This document shows, piece after piece, positions 41,610 through 54,317 of a DNA stretch of 64,000 nt; position 1 is the stretch's first letter, and each line of letters starts with the position of its first letter. Origin of the DNA: Tubulanus polymorphus (Eukaryota; Animalia; Nemertea); NCBI RefSeq assembly GCF_964204645.1, contig NC_134029.1, positions 22,376,950 through 22,440,949 on the forward strand, given 5' to 3'. A program made the translations under genes and the position numbers. The notes beneath the pieces were generated by a model. That model did not search any database. It was given only the letters and a program-made list of their open reading frames with translations, and had not been told where the DNA came from.

Positions 41610-41878
41610 AACAGACCACTATAGAATGGACCAAACTGTTATCACTGGTCCAGCTAGACGTATGATTGTGAAAGTTTCTATTCACACAGTGAGAAATAGT
41701 TCTTTCTTGAATTAAGAATGGCCCTGGATCAGTCCTTTTGGTCTGTCTTAATTGGTCCACTTTGAAATGGAATGGACCAATTTAGAACATAGTTTTTGCT
41801 TGTGGGAATGCTTGGTCTGTTCTAAATTAGAAATGACTAAATTTAGAATGTTCTAGATAATGTGGTGTCAATGTGGCT
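41610..41878 (+). mobile_element. MITE family B
   Basis: ctgttatcactggtccagctaga...ggaccaatttagaac...aatgtggct. Confidence 0.75.
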
Positions 41879-43526
41879 TATGTTCACGATCCACTGATAT
41901 TGTGAGGATGAGCAATTTCCAACGTTTCACCTATGCATCTTTCACTCCATTCTCGAGCGGCGCTGCTGAAGAACAACGCGAAAAAGACAAGTTTTCACTT
42001 CCTGACGTCTGTAGCTAACTGCAGTGTTCATTAGGGCCAGCCTTTGAACTGTATTACATCGGTTGATAGCTCATTTGGTCGCGCAAATTTCGTTTGCCTA
42101 ATTGCATGTATCGAATTCTTTCATGTTTCAACGAATCCTATAATTAAAATGTCATCAGATTGTACCCAGATTTTCTCTGCTGATGATAGATTTCGGGATT
42201 AGACTCTTTATTCTGCATTCACTATCTAGTAGCTGTTATGCTTTTCTGCCCGTTATTTGGGTTTAATTTTTTAATCCTGCTCACCAATGATTAGTATGCA
42301 GCAGTGTGGTCTGTTGACTTCACCGAATGATTTCAGTCATTTAAAAGTCATTACTGTAAATCTTATCCATGAGTCGTAATCTTCTATTAATGATGTGCTC
42401 GTGCACGTCATGGATACTGTGCATACTCGGCATATTCTGTGCGTTGTTTCTTAATAGAAAAATGACCAACATCGGCAAAGATTAGGACTTATTTAACAAA
42501 ATACAGATTCTTTAGTGTAATCAAGGTGTGTCACAATTTGTAGAATGAAGTGATTTTAAAATGTGTCAGTTAGCATTGTGAATGTCAAAATGCTTTAAAT
42601 CTTGGGAGCATGCCAAGCGAAAAGCATGAAGACTTGCAACACTAACTCCTCACCTCAACCTTCAACTAAACCACAGGGGCTAAAGATGTTATCTGTTTCT
42701 TACAACTAGGGACTAGTTTATAAGTCCATGATGAATCTAACTTAACTTTTGGCAAACTATTTCAATAAACTGTTGAAACTCATTATCGATGCGTCCTGAA
42801 AATTTATGAAGACACACGAAGAAAAGGGATAGTGATTCGAAGCACACAGTTGAAAGAAAGTTCAATGCTGAAATTAAGTCTCCCAAATGTGGAAAATGTC
42901 ACAACTAATGGACATAACATTATTGCTTTCGTTTTTAGAATATATGAATAATGTTGCCTTCATGAATAACTGCTTTTACTTACAAAAAATTGTCCTGAAT
43001 AGATCTTGGAAATTAGATATTCAAGTTTTCAGGGACATAGAAATAATGTTTATCCTGACTTCTAGGGACCGTGAGTTACCTATAACCTGTGGTAAGTTTT
43101 TCCCCATCATAATGCGCACCAGACCGGTACTTGTCACTGCAATTGTATACAGTTAATCAAAATTTACAGAAACTCCCACATCTTATGGTTTTTCTTCTAG
43201 TTCATCCGTTGTGTAGGCGACATTTGTGCATGTCGAAAATCTAATCTTGATTAACATTGACTTTGCTTCGGAACAAGCAAAAAAATCTGCCAAAGACAGT
43301 TAGTCAACGGAAAGGTATTGATGATACCATGTAATCTATTATCCTTGGATGGCATAGGTATCTTTTTCTCTGCTTTCATGCAATGAATATTACGTTCATT
43401 TTCTTGCCATTTGCAGAAATTACCGTTTGAATTTCTTTCTTTGTTTCATCCATTTTCTCCCAACTTCATAAACGTGGACCTATAATGAAGATAAACACAT
43501 TCTATTGAGCCTAGCATAAGGAGGTA

Positions 43527-43581
43527 CAAGCAATTCGCTGTTCCTTGAACTAGGTCCAAGCAATTCGCTGTTCCTTGAACT
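43527..43581. repeat. Direct duplication of 25 bp (period 30)
   Basis: caagcaattcgctgttccttgaact occurs twice. Confidence 0.9.
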
Positions 43582-44259
43582 GCAGTGCACCTTCAGGTTA
43601 AACAACGGTAAACCATGTGATATACTTCAATTACATCAGTAACAAAATGACAAAATTAGCAAGAGTTTTATACCTTTGATGAAACATCAAACATAAGAAC
43701 GTCTTATGCGATAAATATAGACAATGAACTTCTGAGTGACCCGCACAACCAGGAAGTGACGAAACATTGGACAGTTTTGTTTACAGTCGCAAGAAAATCG
43801 GCATTTGTTTTCGCTTTTGCCGACGCAATTTTCTTAAAATCATCATTTTTCGATTCTTCAAAGCGTCGAAGCCGTATTTGACGCTATCATATCTCGACGT
43901 TGATCCGTCGTTGGAAGTTGATGATCTCCGGGGACTCGACGAGCTAGCACGGTAATATCCTGTTTCACGCGGCTCATCATCGATCGCGAATGAAATCGCG
44001 AGTAAAACGCCAGATATCGGATCGATCTACCCAGTGATTATAGATGGTAATTTGAAACATTGTTCCATAGGACCGACCTCTGATTGATTGTCAATATGGC
44101 TTCAGAAATTCATCTTCACAGGTCAATAAATTCATGACGTACAACATCGTTATTCTTTCCGCACACGGCGAACGTGTGAAATAATTGATTCATCAAACGC
44201 CTGAAGCAAAAGTTGACTCCAGGTTTCTAATTCAGTATGATAGCTATAGAATAGTGTAG

Positions 44260-44517
44260 ATTTTTGCCCTGGCACATTGTTCAGTTGGATGCCAAATAAA
44301 CCCATGCCTGTTTGGGTGGCCTGACCTAAACTTTTGTTAGCCGGGTCAAGTTTATTGGTGTGAATTGTAACTGGTTCTGGAAATGTTTCACTTGGCTTTG
44401 TTTAAGCATTGTTTAGTATAGAGTGGTGGTTTACCTATGAACACAATCTTTAATTAGCACGGGCTAAATTTAGCTCGGGACTGATCTGTGCCATAAAGTC
44501 TCTGTGCGATCTCAGCT
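44260..44517 (-). mobile_element. MITE family A, decayed
   Basis: aactggttctggaa..ttcactt, gcacgggctaaatttagctcggg, tctctgtgcgatctcagct. Confidence 0.7.
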
Positions 44518-44899
44518 TATATTTACATGAGGGGCTTTTCTCAGTTTGTTTTCAGTTTCAGTTTTTCAGTTTGCAACAAGCAGCGCTGAAGGTTCACGGG
44601 TCTTATGAATTCTACACTTTTACCCGGACCAATTGCAGCTTTTGTATCAACTGCCCCATACTGTTGGACTTCGTGTGACCTTTTCTTCAATTGTTGAAGA
44701 TACCGTTTGGCTGATTATCATAAGGATAATTGAAGCTATTAGCGGACCGGTTCGTGATTAAGTAGTTATCTCTCGGTGTTTGGTCTCTGTCGTGTATTTT
44801 CATAGATTTGGTCATCGTTAATGATCTGTATCTGATGATTCGATGTCCCGGGTGATGGAACTAGACAGCGAAAAGTAAATACTCAATAGGACGGTTTAT

Positions 44900-45281
44900 A
44901 GCCGCAATCGAGTGATGACCGATTCAAACTGGCCCTGACTAGACGGCAGTCTAATTTAGTGTGCATTCACACGTAAATCACTCACTTGGTACTAAAATGC
45001 TCCAAATTTTGCTGAGGTCGAACTGGGCTGGAGCCAGACAGAGTTAAATTTGTTGTCTTAACGCAAACCACTCACTTGATACTAAACAATGCCGTAACAA
45101 AGAGAAGTGAGTCACTTCCGGAACCAGTTAATAATTTGACCTGTGCTAAAATCTGGCATAGGCCTCATCCAACATTTTTCAAAAGTGTCATCGATCAGTC
45201 ACGTACCCGTTTGGGACCGGTGTGAATGACTGACTCGGGCCAAATTAAACCCGGGTCAAAAACTGTTGCATGATGGAGGCT
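44900..45281 (+). mobile_element. MITE family A
   Basis: Starts AGCCGCAATCG; internal aagtgagtcacttccggaaccagtt and aataatttgacc; cactcacttg.tactaaa is duplicated internally. Confidence 0.75.
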
Positions 45282-45874
45282 CTTACTGGTTCTCCAGTGT
45301 AATACTGCTGTATCTAACTGCTGCAAGTATTCGAATCTGTGTATGTGATCGAAATTGATTCGTGTTGCCTGTTTAGTATTCAAAGCGTTTTATGGGTTTT
45401 GATTGTTTCGTTAGACTTTTCAAATCCTCCAGGACGTCATATCAGATTCAGACTATTTCAATCTCCGGTGTTGGGTGAAAAATTTGCGAACGTCGTCGAC
45501 GTCGTCGTTGTACGGTAACCTTTCAGCGAAATGACACAATGTAGGTCGACGTGACATCGATGCAATTCGTCGGCAATGTATTTCAATGATTGCTTCACAC
45601 ATTCATGCGAACCAATCTGTTTGTCTAGACATGTTGTTTTTTCTCTAAAGTGACACCGACTTCTCGAATTTATTCAAGTCGAATCAGACTAGCGGCGAAT
45701 TTCATTTCATTTCGCTGAATTCTTCTATCTGATAACACCTACCGAGAAAAGCATTTGCATAAATTCATCGATTTATCCATTTAACAATTATTTCGTATAT
45801 ATAACTAACTCGTATATATAACTAACGGGTAATGAATGAACGTTTAAATGTCATCGTTTTCTGCTATTTTCTAG

Positions 45875-45922
45875 AACTGAAGATGAAACCATCTCCTATC
45901 GATTCTACTGAACAGATTTCCG
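45875..45922 (+). CDS. Candidate 48-nt symmetric (phase 1-1) coding exon, xLKMKPSPIDSTEQIS
   Basis: Acceptor ttttctgctattttctag| and donor CCG|gtgagt. The length is divisible by 3 and the frame is open and compatible with the 26953 donor. Confidence 0.5.
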
Positions 45923-46020
45923 GTGAGTTTTTTGGTCGCATGAAAATCGTGGATACTCTGCAGATCTTCAGCCGTTGCTTAGATTTGAATCACATTCATA
46001 ATTAACGCGTTTCCAATTCA

Positions 46021-46505
46021 TTATGTCGCCCTGCTGGGGGTGACATTCTATCTTACACCAACGTGCGCCAGCAGCTCTTCCCTCCCCTTAGCGCTCTGCA
46101 CTCTTCAAATTACGCGCAATTTTTCAATAACTTGCTAGGTCTTATATGGAAAGTCCATTGATTACAACAATTTTATATCAAGTTACACAATATGGCTACC
46201 ACAGAAAATATTTTGAATATCTTATTACTGCTCTAGACGCTATAAATGATGTGTGATTTTCTTGAAGGTCGGTAGGTATCAATAATGAGCTAGGTCCATA
46301 GATTACACCTATCAAAAATCCAGTTTCTCACTCTTTCAAAATGGCCGCCATGGTGGAGATCATTAGAATATTACTAATATACACAATACAAATGACCTGT
46401 GACTTTCTAGACACTTTGTAGATGTGATGGGCTTTGTCCATAGATTATATCTATTGAAAATTAAGAAACTCCCGGGGGGGGGGGGGCAAATCACGTGCCA
46501 ACATA
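46021..46505 (+). mobile_element. HINE-like non-autonomous element
   Basis: 5' hairpin gtcgccc..ggggtgac after TTAT, internal caaaatggccgcc, and a 3' G-run followed by a short tail. Confidence 0.4.
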
Positions 46506-47326
46506 ACTGACTCTAAGCGCTGTATTTCGGGAAATTCGCCATCACACGAGTACGCTACTTCAGAAGCCCAGGATCTTGTGTGAACGCCGCTAATGATTCA
46601 AAGTTTGAATTCAATTTTCCCGTAGCGAATGTGTTATAACTGCGCCCGTTTTGAACATCGTTGTTATCATAGAATGTGTGATTAAAATTCAATATAAGCA
46701 CATGCATTACTGTCTTACTGGGCTGTAATTGGATTTGCGGAGCGTGCGTAACGGCAGGGGATTCCAGCGCCAATCGGGAAATCATTAAACATGAAAAAAT
46801 CCAATATTACCCTCGTAATATGAATTTTAGTTTGGTGGTGTTTTGTCGTTACTTGAACCGATCCCGCGGCGTTACGGCTAAATAGAATCAAACATCAAAT
46901 AGCTTCATCTTTTTGAATGAAGCGCCGCGCTTTGAGAAACGGTGTATTTACATATTAACACGCGCCCCGGGCCATAGTCATATACCGGTTTAAAGTAACA
47001 AGTCATTTTATATGTAGTCGACCAGTTACTATAAGATATCGATCAATTCAGAAACCGGTTCAACGGTGCTAAGTTGGATCAAACTTAACAGTTCGAATCC
47101 GTTCATTTTCAGAATTCAGAATCAAATTTTTATCCATTACTATCACTAGGACACATGTGGACGCCTTACGTGGTATTGGGGTTTCCCAGTTGTTTTGTGT
47201 TCTCCCCACCAGGGGGAGTTAAATATTGAATATACAATTTTTCTATTGATATTAGTTTTTATTATTGAGTATCTGTATTGCAAAATGTTTATTTTGGTCA
47301 GTTTTAAATCACAGTTTGGCTCCTTG

Positions 47327-47454
47327 GGCCAGTTGCACTGCCGTTCATAAGTGGTCTTAAATCATAAGACTGGTCTTAAGTTGTTAGATCGGCTATAGCA
47401 CTAAGTTGATCTTGGACTGGTCTTAAGTCTAAGCCATGACTACGCAACTGGGCC
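47327..47454 (+). mobile_element. MITE family E (CWG target, PIF/Harbinger-like)
   Basis: ggccagttgca...cgcaactgggcc|ctg; internal gactggtcttaagt repeats. Confidence 0.75.
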
Positions 47455-48162
47455 CTGGTCTCGTATGGTCTGAAACTTCGTGAATCAACGCTATTCCGAT
47501 AATAGTTTATGACGCATCGTAAATTAAGAGAAATCATTTATCCTGCTCTGATCGTTTCACATGCACACACGCTGTTTAGCACTGATAAAGAAATCATATT
47601 TCAAACATGAGACCGATGAAACAATAGTAATCTTTGTTTATTAGTCAGTTTTTGTAATTAAGTCCCCGGATTAAGTTGTTATATTCGATGCTGCGATGAT
47701 AATCGGGTTTTTATTGCCGATTTCGTCCAATTCGTCCGGCGTTGTTAGAGACGACTTTCTTCGAATGATATGCCATCGTTTAAGCGACTGTATGCAAATT
47801 GATTTTTGCGTAATATTTAGATCGAGTGATCCATCGAAAAACTCATCTCACATATTTTGCAATCAACTAGAAATATAAATTTTATTGATACAGGGTTCAC
47901 TTATCAGCATTAAGGAATGGGGAGATGGTTAGTGAAACTGCATTATGTATTGCGCTAAGAATACTGGCTGATCATGTTACCAGAGAAAAGTTAAGATTTT
48001 CTGCATATGTGATATATGAATGATCCCGATGCTTGTTCCATTCATAGTGATCATAGGTGGTGATTGTCTGTCTTGAGATCAACCATGAATTCTGAAGGGA
48101 ATGGTACATATTTTCACATCAACAAAGTTTTTGACACAGAATGAATCTTTTAATTTCGTTAT

Positions 48163-48436
48163 AGCTCACGATCGCACAGAGGCGATTTGGCCCGGGCCGA
48201 ATTGGCGTGGGTCAGACCCATTAGAGAGCGCACTCTCATGAAAATTACTCACTCGATACTAAACAATGTTTAAACAATGTGTAAACAATGAGTCACCAGA
48301 ACCTGTAGCAATTCACACGCGATCATTTGAGTCACACTAAAATTGGGCCCGGGCCTGGTCCAACATTTTTGGTCGACCCATTGGGAAACCATGTGAACAG
48401 TTTTTCCGAGCCTAAAATGCTCGTGTGATAGCGGTT
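48163..48436 (+). mobile_element. MITE family A
   Basis: Ends AGCTCACGATCGCAC...GTGTGATAGCGGTT with family A internal blocks. Confidence 0.8.
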
Positions 48437-48960
48437 ATAGTTCATATATTTGATAAATTTGTCTTCATTTTGTGGTATGTTTATGTGGTTCTGTTTGATA
48501 TTAGTGTTTGCCCCCGGAGGATACAGTATGAACTGGAGGACATTTAGCTTCGTATCTCATCTAATTTCAAGCGTATCGCAATACAATGTATGTAGATATT
48601 TTAGAATCATTCATCAGAGAATTTGAACCTCTGTTTATATGTCAAACATACCAATCGCGAATACGACAAATCATTGCTGAATCGAGAAAAAAAATTAACT
48701 TTATTTACGTGATACAAAATAACTTTAACGAGCTGATTCTTCAGTTTTTACGACAAAACACCGAAATATATAGGATTGAAAATTCCATATACGGTATTCT
48801 TGGCAACTCATTTAGTTACTGGTTTATAGTGTCAAGAGTGACTATTGAATACTTTAAAATTGAATAAAAGTGTACATTGATTTCTAAAAATTGCACAATA
48901 TATTTCACTGATTCAGCCTCATCAGGCATATCACTGGCCTGGAAAACCTGGAAAGTTCAG

Positions 48961-49076
48961 GGTCCAGTTCCACAGTTCTGAGTTAAGATTTGACTCTCTG
49001 AGTTAACTCATCGAAAATGAACTACATGTATCTTTAACTCAGAGTTAACTCAAACTCACAACTGTGGAACTGGGCC
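48961..49076. mobile_element. MITE with CAG TSD, nested in an hAT-like remnant (about 48931-49160)
   Basis: cag|GGTCCAGTTCCACAGTT...AACTGTGGAACTGGGCC|cag; internal GAGTTAACTC palindromes. The flanks carry cctggaaaa / tcagggaaa motifs like those at 36749. Confidence 0.85.
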
Positions 49077-49367
49077 CAGGTAATCAGAAAAATCTAGAAA
49101 ATAATCAGGGAAAACTCTGAGAATTTGACAAATTACCAAAAACCTGGAAAAGTCCAGTGAAATCGATCATATTTTTTGGAAATATTTAGGCGATTATTCA
49201 ATTACAAAGTTTGTTTAATTGACGGGATGTTACAGCAGTTTTTTCTGGTTTGCGATCAATGCCCACGCACGCGTCGTGCTTGTATTCAATAACACGCTAT
49301 TAAATCTTATTCACAATAAGCATTTGTAAGTCGGAATTAATGCCTACGTGAAGCGTGATCATTGCCC

Positions 49368-49438
49368 GAGGAAGAAGAGAGAGAGAGGAGAGAGAGAGAG
49401 GGAGACGAGGGAGAGAGAGGGAGACGAGAGAGAGAGAG
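49368..49438 (+). repeat. GA-rich polypurine tract (GAGAG repeats)
   Basis: About 70 bp of almost pure purines; lies about 100 bp upstream of the Inr. Confidence 0.9.
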
Positions 49439-49532
49439 GTATCATCGATGTGTTTCCGATCTCGTCTGATCGAACACGACCGACGACGACATGTAGCTGG
49501 CTGCTCTTCGCTCGATCCGCAGCATCGTCGCA

Positions 49533-49566
49533 TCAGTTGCAGACGCATCTCGACGTTCATTGGATG
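49533..49566 (+). promoter_or_regulatory. Candidate Inr + DPE core promoter (TSS about 49535)
   Basis: TCAGTT at 49533-49538 (A+1 = 49535) and GGATG (RGWYV) at exactly +28 to +32. CpG-rich context with an upstream GAGA tract. Confidence 0.55.
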
Positions 49567-51544
49567 CGAGCCGTCCGTTTATCGCCGGATTAATAGCTAC
49601 TATTACGGAATGTGTTACCGGTGGTAACTCGTCACCCGGCTCCAATCGAGTTTAAATAGAACTCCAATTAGAAAACCGTGCGAGATTTTTTTTCGTTTTT
49701 TTTTCTTCGTTCGTCGCCGATGGCTTCGAATCGAGACGCGTAGTATATGAGGACTATCATAGATAAAACGGGACTCTCTCTCTATCTCTCTTTGCATCTA
49801 CGGAGTTCATCGGAGTTCTTTACTCGCGAGAAGAAAGAAGAAATCAAATCGACTCCGAGTCTAGGATCGTACGCTTGCAGCGAAGACCAGCGGTAATCGT
49901 CGAATTTCCAGTTGGTTTTATAAATAACTCACCTCAGAAAACGAGTTACACCTGAACAACAGAGTATTTGATTTAGCCTATAGTTTAAAGGTGATACGCG
50001 CCGTGCCGTGAGCCGCTGCTGATATACATATATATATATACGCAGTAAACTGGATTGTATTCGTAACTAATGGATGAAATAGCTGTATTTTGTTCACATT
50101 GCTGCCGGGAAAATCATTACGCATAGTGTTATTAGTAGCAATCTGCGTCGGTAGTTGTTTCGTTAATGCGAACAAATATCACCTCTTCTATACGCTGATT
50201 TCTATTCGCATATTCCGGTTGGATTTTTTGTTCGCTCGTAAAAAAGAAAAAACGTAAAGATCGGCTGCAGTCGTTCTGGTCTCGTCATCGTGGTCGATGA
50301 GGGTTGATGAGTGTCGGACTCGCTCGGACCGTAAACACCGGCAACAACAACGTTGTTGAGATCTGGGAAGGAATTTTTTGACTCATCAGAGAAACACTTG
50401 TTAGAGCAGTTTTATACGGCTGTGAGGCAAGGCAGGGGATACAGCGGCTTCACCGAGTGTTGTGCATATGTGTATGAGAAAATTATTGCGTCATAACCAG
50501 ACCTTCTACTCATAGTTAGACCTTCTGCTGATAACATTGAAGTTAGACCTTCTACTGTTGAAGTTAGAACTAGCGTTAATTCGCTGCCAAATAAAGGATT
50601 AAGCATTTCAAAAGGGAGGAATATTTTAAGAACAAGTTTTCTCGATTTTTTTCGGAATATCGAAGGACCATTTTCTGTGTGAGAAGGACTAACCATTCTG
50701 TAGGTTCACCACAAGCCGATTTGGGTCTTACGATCCGAACGCTCTCGTAGATAAGACGAAGATTATCGGATCAGCGAGCGACGAAGCGACGATATTTTTG
50801 TCGAAGCGATAGAAGCTTCCTAGAAAAATGACACCGGAGTTGGCTGAAACGGTTAATTGCGGCTGAAATTCTTCAGACGTGTAATATTGACTCACTACTC
50901 CTGTGTGAAGTCTAGTATACAAATCAGGAATTCACGTCGACACGACGACATATTTTTAGTCAGGTGATGATTGCCGTTTCATGTTCGTATGAGTACTCAC
51001 CGCCCGACGTTCAAAAGTATCAACTCCACAAACCGGCGTTTTATCCACCTACAACCCGAAGCCAACGCCTTTTGGTGACTTTCTAAAATTGGCATAAAAT
51101 CAACTCAACGCAGGAGAATCAATATACACTGAAACCGCTGTAAGAAACAAGACAATTGTATAGACAGTAAATGAATGTTCAGATATTGCAGCTGATAACT
51201 AACATCTCGTTGCTAAAATAAGATTGATATAAGCATTACTTATCTTTTATGATAAACCTTCATTCTTATCGTCTTAGCATCATCCGTCTGCTGTTAGAGA
51301 GAATAGTTTCGTCGGAACGCGGGGACGATAATAGCGACTGGATCGGGTACAACTGACTGGGAATAATCATCTTCTGATTCGTGTAAGGATTCTAACTTCA
51401 TCTCGGAGCGATTTCGAAAAAGGAATTTTCATTAATAAAGAAAAACCGCCGAACGAAGGTTTAACTAAACGCGAACTCGAAGACCGGATACAGAAACACC
51501 CGCAGACACCCGAGAGATCGATATCAATAATCACGTAAAGCAAT

Positions 51545-51713
51545 ATGACCTTACAGAATCGTAACTATCTGATCGCGAAGGCTAGGTACCTTCGGTTGAC
51601 ACGGAAACTAAACTCACAAATGAACAACCTGAACAACATGTTCTGGAACGGAACTCTTTATCGAAACCGACGCTGGGAACAAGGATGGGAAATGGATAAT
51701 AATCCGCTCTACG
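51545..51713 (+). CDS. Candidate alternative first coding segment ending ...WEQGWEMDNNPLY (start may be 51545 or a later in-frame ATG such as 51620); unidentified gene
   Basis: Open frame from ATG 51545 to a strong donor ACG|gtgagt (phase 1), followed at once by intron-like T/TA-rich sequence. It lies 2 kb downstream of the Inr+DPE. Confidence 0.5.
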
Positions 51714-53284
51714 GTGAGTTTTTATATATATATATGTACCATTTTTTTCTATCGAAGAAAGGTGAAAATCTTACGTGAAGAGCGATTTTCCAACACTCGA
51801 GAGAAATGTATAGCTAGCAGATTTCGTTGATGAAGGTTAGCGGTGGTTGCTGGCGTAGTACTTCACTTCGCTGAGGTTGAAAGCTACTTACGTCTGTTGA
51901 CATTATTTCAAGGTTGCGAAATTCCAGCGAAGAGCTTGAAATGTTTACTCTGCAATACTGCGCCAGTGAAAATTGGTGTTTTTCAGTTTCTGTCAAAATC
52001 GATGTTGTTTTCGCTCAAATTAGATCTGAATGTTTTTCTCCGAGATTTCCCATACTGAAAATCGACTCCAGTGGGTAATTTCTCTGTTATGTATAGTCTA
52101 GGCTGGTTGTGAGTTATGGAAGAGGTTTTTTTCAAGGTTATTTTCGATTCGTAAGGATTTGGCACAATATTCATGAATACGCTATTGCGCCATACAGCTC
52201 TGTACAGCTACGATCCATCGACGGCGTTTACCACTAACCGCCCATTTTGTGTGTTAGCTCTCCTATTACATTTACCAAAAAACCACTCGCGCTCGCAGGT
52301 ATTCACGAAAAAATCGAACGACATCAAATGAACAATGATAAAATGCATCGAGCTCCGAATTTATTCATACCACATTTCAGACTTCAATCTACGTCTATAC
52401 GTATGATGTTATTTCGTCTTGCTTTCTAGATAGTTATTGCCCGTATCAGTGACACAAATTGACTTCTGATGAATATCGTTGGCTGTGTATGAAATCGTAC
52501 CCTATCACCTCGATATTTTAAACGTCGCGGTGATTGTTTCATTGATTCGTTATTTTCTGATCTTTGATTTGCTTCCTCTGAGGGAGGGATGATTCGTTTT
52601 AAGATATTGATGGGTGTTGGCGTACACGGGCATACAGCCAAACCCGAGCGAAAATATAACCCTACTATATTTGGCTTTTAGTGAATGCTTTGAATGATGA
52701 AATGGTATGTCTCGTCTCGACCATAACGAGCTTTCGGAAGCAGCGGGTTGCGGTTAGCTCCTTTGATCGCTGATGTTTGTCAATAAAAATCGCAAAGGGC
52801 AAATTGAGAAAACACGACAAAATTAGAATTCCATTCCTGCCGGCGGTAAAAATTCAAATGCTATTTCGAATATGAAGAGACGGCGATATAAACACGATAT
52901 AGTCATGATTTGACGTGGGAGGTGAGATGGTCAAAACAACAAGTTGCTTTAATATTCTACGATATGCATGTATGGTCTGATTTCGGCGTGAGAGCTGTCA
53001 GTGGTTACATTATGCTAACTATTCTCTGCTACTAATGGACAAATAATGGCATGTAGATAATGATGAGAGGGATATATATCCTACATCTAGTTCTTGCTCT
53101 TCTTTTCTCTTACCAGCAATCATAAAAACTGACTTCAGGAGTTATATTATTTATTGAATCAAAATGTAGTCATTAAACGCCACTTGACAGAACAAAAAAT
53201 AAATTCGATTTTGACAATTCTATAAATAATCGATATATGTAAAGAGATATCACAGTTTGACATCATTAGATATGGGCAGACAGT

Positions 53285-53542
53285 AACCGCGATCGCGATG
53301 GAGACAATTTGGCATTGGGCTAAATTGGGACGGATCAGGCATGAGTCAAATTTGGCCCATGCCTAAATAGAGAAGGCGTTCACACATAAATCACCCGCTA
53401 GATGAGTGCCTTAAACAATGCTTAAACAAAGCGAAGTGAGTCACTTCCCGAAACGGTTATAATACAATAATTTGACCAGTGCTAAAATTTGGCCTGGTCC
53501 AAACTTTTTTGACGGGCCAAAAGTGCCCACTTGATCACGGCT
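53285..53542 (+). mobile_element. MITE family A with 3-bp TSD (AGT)
   Basis: agt|AACCGCGATCGC...TTGATCACGGCT|agt. Confidence 0.85.
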
Positions 53543-54317
53543 AGTGAATTAGGGTGACTTATGACAAACAATCTATTAGCTTTAGATTAAATGTAGTAGA
53601 AATGAATTGAGTGACATTTTCGAGAAGTTTTATTAAACTTTCCAAAGCGAAAAAACTAATTCGCGAGCATAAACGTATACCACCGAATACCTTCGGATTC
53701 GGTGGCTCGGTTTTTACGTAGTCATTTAGTCATTAATCATTTATTTCGCAATAAAAAAGATCCGTGTTGAAGCGAAGTCTGAGAAGCTGAAAATGGATTA
53801 GCTATCGTTAATTCTACGGGTTTCGACGTGCGGTAAAATGTCAGCGACGCTTAACCAAGTGCGCGTGTAATGTATCTACATCTCGCCGTTATTAAAAATC
53901 AGCGCGTGATTAATTATCGACGACGATGTTTTCGAGATGACGACATTTCGTAAAAGGTTAGTGTCATCGATTTGATGAATCCGTGTTTAGGAATCCGTTG
54001 AAATTCGTGTCACCCGAACGCGATGACGGAACTGATATTAACTCATTACAATTCAATCAATCGCGATTGTTTTTTTTTTCGTTGATAAACAACACAACGA
54101 CAAGATGATGTAAGGTTGTTTTCTAATTGAAGTTGAGAGTTGTCTGCGCGAGGAGGATATTTGAGAAGTACGACCGGTACCCGGGAACATCTACCAAACA
54201 GATTTTTGCTTTTAAGTAGTTACTATCGGATTGAAGTGTTATGTTCATTGCATTCGAGTCCCTCGAGTCTTAAGAACTCTTTTGACATTATTTGGGAAAT
54301 TGCATAAATAGGCCATA

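Noticed and set aside
49300-49645. RE-rich and SL-rich ORFs
   Set aside because: They are translations of the GA tract and CpG-rich promoter-like sequence.
51545-51713. Naming the host gene (e.g. ROR/HR3-type receptor or PDE4)
   Set aside because: Only the general alternative-first-exon architecture fits; no conserved domain is present in the window.
53680-53716. Rho-independent terminator-like hairpin (ccaccgaat..ttcg..attcggtgg, then a T run)
   Set aside because: The context is eukaryotic and intronic with no upstream gene end; more likely a transposon terminal remnant or chance.
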